Made by a program: the position numbers and the translations under genes
DNA from: Eledone cirrhosa
Taxonomy: Eukaryota
Assembly (NCBI GenBank): GCA_964016885.1
Contig: OZ024749.1
Location: 14,198,001-14,262,000 of the forward strand
Direction of reading: 5' to 3'
DNA: 64,000 nucleotides
Part shown: positions 1 to 64,000 of the stretch, one piece after another
How positions within the stretch are numbered: the stretch's first letter is position 1
How the letters are laid out: each line of letters starts with the position of its first letter
The notes under the pieces: model-generated
The model's database searches: none
What the model was told of the DNA's origin: nothing
What the model saw: only the letters and a program-made list of their open reading frames with translations

Positions 1-13
1 TGTAACATTTCTC

Positions 14-44
<31 letters not shown>

Positions 45-117
45 GTGTGTTTGTGTGTGTGTGATTGTATAGAGAAAGAGTATGTGTGTGTATATATGTG
101 TTTGTTTAAAATACTAA

Positions 118-640
118 GTGACATCTGTTCCCCAGATTTTGTTGATCTGGTGCCACAACCATCTAGCTAGATCCATCTGACTTTCTCATTCCTCCCCTCA
201 TCTAAAATGACATCTGTTCCCCAGGACTGGTTGAACTGGTACCACCCACACACAGCTAGACCCATATGATTATATCATCATTCACATAATCTACAATGAC
301 ATCTGTTCCCCAGATCTGGTTGATCTGGTACCATCACCTAGCTAAACCTACATGATTATCTCATCACTCCCCTAACCTACAGTGACATCTGCTCCCCAGA
401 TCTGGTTGATCTGGTGAACAACACCTAACTAAACCTACATGATTATCTCATCACTCCCCTAACCTACAGTGACATCTGCTCCCCAGATCTGGTTGATCTG
501 GTGAACAACACCTAACTAAACCTACATGATTATCTCATCACTCCCCTAACCTACAGTGACATCTGCTCCCCAGATCTGCTACATCTGGTGCCATCATTAT
601 CTCCCCTCTCATCCACATGGACATATTTTCCTCAGATATT
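118..640. repeat. ~87-bp tandem repeat, about 6 units
   Basis: (g/a)tgacatctg(c/t)tccccagatctggttgatctggt recurs at 118, 208, 296, 382, 469, 556. Confidence 0.9.
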
Positions 641-734
641 GTTGATGTTGTTCATGTTCATGATGATGTTGCTGTTTTTGTTGTTGATGTTGATACTGTT
701 GATGTTGTTATTGTTTATCTAAAAAGCTTTATAC

Positions 735-1262
735 AGAGATATATATAACATATGTATATATAATATATATATAACATATATATGTATATATAATATTATA
801 TATATAACATATATATGTATATATAATATTATATATATAACATATATATGTATATATAATATTATATATATAACATATATATGTATATATAATATTATAT
901 ATATAACATATATATGTATATATAATATTATATATATAACATATATATGTATATATAATATTATATATATAACATATATATGTATATATAATATTATATA
1001 TATAACATATGTATGTATATATAATATTATATATATAATATATAAATATACATATAATATATATTATATATATAATTTATTTATATAATATGTATATATT
1101 ATATTGTGTGTATATCTATAATATATTTATAAATATATAATATAAATATATATATATATATTATTATATTATATATATATATATTATATTATATATATAT
1201 TATATTATATATATATTATATTATATATATATATCTATTATCTATATATTATATTATATATA

Positions 1263-1303
<41 letters not shown>

Positions 1304-2087
1304 TATATATATATCTATTATATTATATATATATCTATTATATTATATATATATCTATTATATTATATATATATCTATTATATTATATATATATCTATTA
1401 TATTATATATATATCTATTATATTATATATATATATATTATATATATATCTATTATATTATATATCTATTATATTATATATATATCTATTATATTATATA
1501 TATATATATTATATTATATATATATCTATTATATTATATATCTATTATATTATATGTATATCTATTATATATATATATATATCTATTATATATATATATA
1601 TATCTATTATATATATATATATATTATATTATATATATATCTATTATATTATATATATATCTATTATATATATATATATATCTATTATATATATATATAT
1701 ATATCTATTATATATATTATATATATATATATATTATATTATATATATATATATATTATATTATATATATATCTATTATATATATATATATATCTATTAT
1801 ATATATATATATATCTATTATATATATATATATATCTATTATATATATTATATATATATATATATTATATTATATATATATCTATTATATATTATATATA
1901 TATCTATTATATATATATATATATCTATTATATATATTATATATATATTATATATATATATCTATTATATATATTATATATATATTATATATATATATAT
2001 ATATCTATTATATATATTATATATATATTATATTATATATATATATATTATATTATATATGTAGAAATATATATATGTATATATATA

Positions 2088-2157
<70 letters not shown>

Positions 2158-2160
2158 CAT
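735..2160. repeat. AT-rich minisatellite and (TA)n compound tract
   Basis: atatataacatatatatgtatatataatatt units, then tatatatctat units. Confidence 0.95.
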
Positions 2161-2213
2161 ACATTAGCCTTAGTACTGAAGTGTTGTAATTTTGATAAAT
2201 ATTCTGTTTACAG

Positions 2214-57686
<55,473 letters not shown>

Positions 57687-58035
57687 AAAAGCTAAAAACT
57701 AAATTTTTTTTCAAATGACATCGCTAAAATTTTTCTAAAAATTTTTCAATACGGAGATGTTAATATTTACTCGAAAAATAACAGAAGGAAAAATAATGGT
57801 TTTATTCCAATACTAATATTTTTCAATTTTGCTCAAAAATCGCTTGAACTAATTCCATCCGTTTCCTAACCATTTTTTCTCAAATTCTCAGAATTGCATT
57901 CAGTATGATATTTTTTACTACATATATTCAAATCCATACACTACATACACGTAAGCATATGTATAAATATAAGTATATATATATATATATATATACATAT
58001 ATGTATATGTGTATATATATATATATATACATATA

Positions 58036-58078
<43 letters not shown>

Positions 58079-58596
58079 ATGTATGTATATGTGTATGAAT
58101 TTTTTCTCACGACTCAGTTCTTTCGTTGCTACGGACCCCGGCTGAATTACCGGTTGCTGTCTTCATTTTGCAAAGCCCTTTAAACTGTATGTTGTTACTC
58201 TGAGGTCCTATACCTGGTCGAGTGCTTGGCTGCACTGCTGAAAGCATTCGCCGGCTTAGCTGAGTCTCTGGCTTCGTATATGCTGTACTTCCATTTGTAT
58301 ATATATATTTGTGTGTGTGTATATATATATGTATATATATATGCATATATATATATATATGCGTGTGTGTATATATATGTGTATATATATTTATATATAT
58401 ATGCATCTACCAGAACACAGCCACCATACCTGCTATTAACTAAAATGTGTGCACTCCGAACAGCTAGTTGCAGTTGCATTTATGCAACTTAGCAGATTCA
58501 TTGAGTGAGCTAGACGTTGGCTGGGGACCGTTGACTTAATATCAACAATCTTCATTAATAATTATATATATATATACATATATATATATGTATGTA

Positions 58597-58656
<60 letters not shown>

Positions 58657-58772
58657 AATTCCAAATATTAACTCTGGAAAACCATACTGTTGAGTGCTTC
58701 CAATCTATTGTAAAACTCAATTTTTGATTTATTCATTGAACCTTGTTTAACTTTTAAATATATATATATATG

Positions 58773-58813
<41 letters not shown>

Positions 58814-58828
58814 GTATATATATGTACA

Positions 58829-58945
<117 letters not shown>

Positions 58946-59035
58946 GCTTCTAAACGACTTAAAGATATTTACCTATTATTCCACAATGCTTCAAGCAAAC
59001 TTCAATACTCTCATATATATATATGTATATATATG

Positions 59036-59070
<35 letters not shown>

Positions 59071-59143
59071 ATGTATATGTATATATATATGTATATATAT
59101 GTATATATATGTACATATATATGTATATATATGTATATATATG

Positions 59144-59174
<31 letters not shown>

Positions 59175-59185
59175 GTATATATATG

Positions 59186-59216
<31 letters not shown>

Positions 59217-59217
59217 G

Positions 59218-59251
<34 letters not shown>

Positions 59252-59476
59252 TATGTATATGTATATATATATATACAGATATATATGTACATATACAAAA
59301 CATACTAACCATCTCATCTTGGCAACTCCTCATTAAGAAAACTCAACTAATTAGAATATGAACTTAATTAAAACCTAACTACTGATTGAGAAAATTAAAA
59401 TCAGATTAATTCTTTTTCTGGTATATCTTCCACATTAAACCATTATTAATTGTAAATATATAAAAATATTAATATC

Positions 59477-59515
<39 letters not shown>

Positions 59516-59694
59516 GTTTGTGTATGTATATGTGTGTGTTTGTGTGTATATATACATATATGTGTGTGTGTATGTATATGTATGTATGTATATATATAGA
59601 CATACATATAGATATTTGTATGTATATGTATGTATACATATATATACATATGTGTATGTGTGTGTATATATATATATATATATACATATGTGTA

Positions 59695-59733
<39 letters not shown>

Positions 59734-60027
59734 CACACATACACATGCCTGTACTATAATTACATAAAGTCAATTTATCGAAAAATATTTGCTAAACATT
59801 AACATGGGTATGGACACACCCATAGAGATGTCTAATCCTGCTTCCTTATGAATGAAAGTACTTGGGTAATGTGATGTGTGTGTGTGTGCGTGTGGTGAAA
59901 TCCAGGGGTTACTAATGACGCCACTACAGGCAGAACAAAACAGGACCTCGAAATTGAAACTTACTAACATTTTGGGAAAATTCTTTGCACAAAGACCATG
60001 ATTATTATCATTATTATTACTCTTACT

Positions 60028-60705
60028 TAAGGGCGGGGAATTGGCAGTATAGGTAGAGGGTCGGACGCCATGCTTTCTAGCATAGTTACGTCCCTTTAGA
60101 GTCTGAGTTCAAATCCAGCCGAGATTAACTTTGCCTTTCATCCTTACGGGGTCGATAAAATAAAGTACCAGTCACGCGCTGGGGTCGATTTAATCGACTT
60201 TCCCCTCCCCCAAAATCACTGGCCTTTTGCCTATATAAGAAACCAATATTATTATTGTTATTATTTGATTGGTAGAATTGGTAGAAAGTCAGATAAAAGG
60301 CCATTGCAGTATTTATTACGTCCCTTTATGTTCTGAGTTCAAATCCTGCCAGGGTTAACTTTGCCTTTCATCCTTACGGGGTCGATAAAATAAAGTACCA
60401 GTAATACACTGGAGTTGATTTAATCATATTTCCCCTCACTCAAAATTGTTGACCTTGTACCTAAAGTAGAAACAATTAATATTACTATGGTTATTTTAGA
60501 GGAGGGTGGGTTGGCAGTATTGGAGCGTCTGACAAAATACTTTGCAGTTTTTAGTTATCACTTTCTACTATCTGATGGTCAACTTTGCAGTTCATCCTTA
60601 CGGGTGTGATAAAATAAAGTACCAGTAAGACACTGGGGTTGATTTAATCGACTTTCGCCTCCGCCAAAATAGCTGGCTTTGTGCTTAAATCTGAAATCAT
60701 TGTTA
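60028..60705 (+). mobile_element. Three consecutive SINE family B copies (tRNA-like head, ctttgcctttcatccttacggggtcgataaaataaagtaccag core, (ATT)n tail)
   Basis: A-box-like ttggcagtat(c/a)ggtaga and B box gagttcaaatcc. Other copies at ~6452, 8690(-), 9785, 15736, 16305, 21625(-), 21830, 21968, 23405, 23868, 25280, 42190, 42298, 46650(-), 61435. Confidence 0.82.
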
Positions 60706-61194
60706 GTGTTAAGCACTTAATCAAAGCAGTTGATATTATTGATCATGTGATAGGGATTGGTGAAATGCTAAGGGGAGATAACCTGGTGATAGTAGCGGCT
60801 ACTGATAAATGGAGGAACAGGTAAAAAAAATAACTTGGTGTGATAGTGATGGTGATATTTCTAATAGAGTGGGACCAGGGTGGATCAGTTGGTGGAGGTT
60901 AGAGGTGCTGATAGATGTAACAAACCTAAGGGCAGATAACTTTGTGATAGTAGTAGTCGCTAATTGATGGAGAGTTAAATAAAAGACTATGGGAGGATCA
61001 CATGGTGGAAAAAGTAGTGGTTACTGATAGTGGGACCATGGGTACACCTAAGGATAGATCACTTGGTGGTGACAGCAAAGGTTAGACGCCTGGAGATAAT
61101 CTCTCAGGTGAGAAACCCTGAATAGCACTAAAAAAATTCTGGACAATCATAGGCATATTCCTTGCGCAAACATATATATATATATATATATATA

Positions 61195-61410
61195 CGAGGG
61201 TAATCCCAAAAGTAAGGTCTCCAAAGCGATGGGGACACAGAGAAACTGTTCGTACGGCTGTTGGCAACACTGTTGTGATTGGTGCTTCCTTCACTCCCAA
61301 ACAAACATGTGCCCACTTCGCTGGGATGCTCAATCTTGGCTTGGCAGCCGTTGAGAATGGAGCTCCCGTTGAACGCTACCGCCAAGTGCAAATTTCGCAC
61401 AGTTATTATA
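61195..61410 (+). mobile_element. 5' end of a mariner element (TIR plus start of transposase)
   Basis: TA|CGAGGGTAATCCCAAAAGTAAGGTC; ATG 61357 reads MELPLNATAKCKFRTVI. Confidence 0.6.
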
Positions 61411-61824
61411 TACCAGGGCGGTGCATTGGGTGCATAGGGTGGTGCATTGGCAGTATCGGTAGAGGGTCGGACGCCATGCTTTGACGCATAGAGTTAAGGC
61501 CCTTGCCATTCTGAGTTCAAATCCCACCGAGGTTAACTTTGCCTTTCATCCTTACGGGGCCGATAAAATAAAGTACCAGTAATGGAGGGGGGGGGGGCAT
61601 GTAAACAGATTTAACAACAGTAAAAACACTAAGAATTAATCAAAGGGAATTCTTCAAGAGGGAGGAAATATATTTAAGGGCCACTTGTAGAAATAAACCC
61701 ATAAAACATTGGGTGCCTGATATCAAGACAGCCACTGACTTCTATATCCTGGGGTCCTCACCTACAAAATCTGGCTGGATAGGTTTTAATTTGGTGGCCA
61801 TTTTTGTGTTCCATCGATATTCCT

Positions 61825-62052
61825 TTAACCCTTTACCATTTACATTACTCTATATATACTTTTGTATTTTCACGGTAAAGGCTTTACCTCGCATAATTAT
61901 CTCATATAATATCGAACTATGAGATTTTGATATTATTTATTTTGAGAACAATACCATAACATAATTATGAGTAGCTGGTTATGGCCAGTTTGAACAGAAA
62001 AAGGTGAGAGAATTCTGGCCGGATATGGTAAGTTTGAATGCTAAAGGGTTAA
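61825..62052. mobile_element. piggyBac-type MITE copy
   Basis: ttaaccctttaccattt ... aatgctaaagggttaa. Confidence 0.8.
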
Positions 62053-62439
62053 ACCAATCTCTAGAGCAATCACCCTGTCCCAGTTGTCCTACTCCAGTCA
62101 ACAGGTGGACACTCTGTGTGGGCCCATTAACTCAGGCCAATAATAATGGGTTTTTTTATTAACCGCACAGGGCTTACATTAAGAGGACAATGAAGATGGT
62201 ATGGGATAGTTTAGTGTGTGGGGGGGGGGGGGTTGTGTGTGAAAGAAAGGTTTATAACAAAGTCTAGAAAAATAAACATTTGAAAAAACATAGCAAATTC
62301 CCGAGGGTCACTAGTGGAGAAAGCCCACAAAAAGCTTTGGTAATATAATAATAATAATTATTATTTCTTTTATTGGCCGCCAAGGTATATGACTTTGGGG
62401 GACAATGCAAGTATGAAAATCAATACAGGGTGGGGTTTG

Positions 62440-62785
62440 CGAGGGTTGACTGGAAAGTTCATAGGCTGACCAAGATACTCTCATGAAATGACCAAATGAG
62501 GTTTATTTTTCCAACAGAGTCTCTAGAAAGGAACAATGCAGTAAGTTATTAATGGGAAGAGTTGAAATGAATCCATGCAAGATTTCACAGCTCTAGCATA
62601 GCTCCTTCATAGGCTGATCAAGATACTCTCATGGAATGACCAAATGAGGTTTATTTTTCAAAATAGTCCTTGGAATGGAAAAATGCAGTTAATAATAAGA
62701 AGAGTTGAAATTAATCCATGCAAGATTTCACAGCTCTAGCAACACTCCTTCATAGTCAGCCTATGAACTTTTCAGTGCACCTTCA
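62440..62785. mobile_element. Mariner-type MITE with internal duplication; relatives at ~8470-8550, 51125-51190, 52608-52810
   Basis: Inverted ends gagggttgactggaaagttcataggctgac / gtcagcctatgaacttttcagtgcacc; shared internal ctagagctgtgaaatcttgcatg. Confidence 0.7.
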
Positions 62786-63149
62786 TACATTGAATAAAGG
62801 TGAGAGATAGATCAACAAAGGGAAAACTTTAGATACAAGAATAACAATAATTGTAATATAATAATGATGATAATGGTGATGGTGATGATAATGGTGGTGA
62901 TGATGATGATGATGATAATCCCTAAATTGAGCCACAAAATAAATAAATAAAATATATATAAAATATTTGCTATTATATATACAATAAAACAATCTCAAAC
63001 GTCAAATTTAAAAAAAATAAAATTTTAATTTTCAATTTGACGAATACTTCCAGTGTTGATGAAATATATATTTTTTTACTAATGTTTTTTTTGTGTTTTT
63101 TTTTCTTGCCAATTTTAATGTTTGTTGAAAAGATGATTTTTGTTTTTTA

Positions 63150-63665
63150 AATCAACATGAACTTGGTGTGTAAAGAAGATCTTGGTGTGTAAACACAACA
63201 CAATGTGTAAACAAGAACATGATGTGTAAGCATGATGTGTATACATGAATATGGTGTGTAAAAAAGAACATGTATAAACATGAACATGATGTGTAAACAA
63301 GAACATGGTGTGTAAACATGTGTGAACAAGAACATGTGCAGACAAGAACATGATGTGTAAACATGTGTACACAGGATGTTTACACATGATGTGTAAGCAT
63401 GCGTGTATACACGAACATGGTGTGTAAACATGAAAATGGTGTGTAAACATGAACATGATGTGTAAACAAGAACATGATGTGTAAACATGTGTAAACAAGA
63501 GCATGATGTGTAAACAAGAACATGGTGTGAAAACATATGTAAACAAGAGCATGATGTGTAAACATGTGTAAACAAGAACATGATGTGTAAACATGTGTAA
63601 ACACGAACATGATGTGTAAACATGTGTAAACAAGAAAATGATGTGTAAACATGATGTGTAAACAC
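63150..63665. repeat. aacatgatgtgtaaac-based minisatellite
   Basis: Seen directly. Confidence 0.88.
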
Positions 63666-63779
63666 AAAGTTCTGTTGGTAAATGTTTTGTTTCTTGGTTT
63701 ATGAAAACTCCAGAAAAAAAAGACAAGATTTTTTTTCTTTTTTCTTTTTCATCTGGTTTAAAATGCTCTGTAAAATAAT

Positions 63780-63814
<35 letters not shown>

Positions 63815-64000
63815 GTGTGTGTGTGTATACATATTTATATATTGCTTCAACTCAGTCTCAGATCATGTCACTTGCCAGACATATATGACTCCCTTGTATA
63901 TATGTGTATATATATATATATATGAAATGAAATGAAGATGATATGTGTGTGTGTGTGTATGTATGAAAAAAGTAAACAGAAAGAACAAAGCAAATGACAC

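Noticed and set aside
58100-58180. Minus-strand ATGAAGA...GAAA...GTC hammerhead-like spacing
   Set aside because: Core is mutated and stems I and II do not pair convincingly.
62780-64000. Possible 3' end of this gene or a convergent gene (AATAAA clusters, T-rich tracts)
   Set aside because: These motifs are common in AT-rich DNA and no coding exon is visible.

Overview
Eukaryotic, AT-rich genomic DNA dense in microsatellites and SINEs. The repeat landscape suggests an octopod cephalopod, but this is inference. One protein-coding gene spans the window on the + strand: an anoctamin/TMEM16 channel or scramblase. I traced 20 GT-AG coding exons from 2214 to the TGA at 57686, about 698 codons with consistent phase; the N-terminal exons lie upstream of the window. 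The introns hold a young 5'-truncated RTE LINE, a 5'-truncated CR1 LINE, older LINE remnants, two tRNA-derived SINE families, piggyBac-type, hAT-type and mariner MITEs, a complete non-autonomous Helitron, and many mini- and microsatellites. Most long ORFs in the supplied track are repeat artefacts. The most interesting unannotated signal is a set of type I hammerhead ribozymes in Penelope-like or retrozyme-like non-coding elements inserted in (TA)n tracts. One element (36717-37614) has two identical hammerheads 477 nt apart in direct repeats plus a 5' inverted segment. Fold-back palindromes break at ribozyme positions. Other findings include 137 tandem copies of a SINE's 5' 21 nt, an 18-unit array that copies an exon's splice donor, and partial exon duplications.
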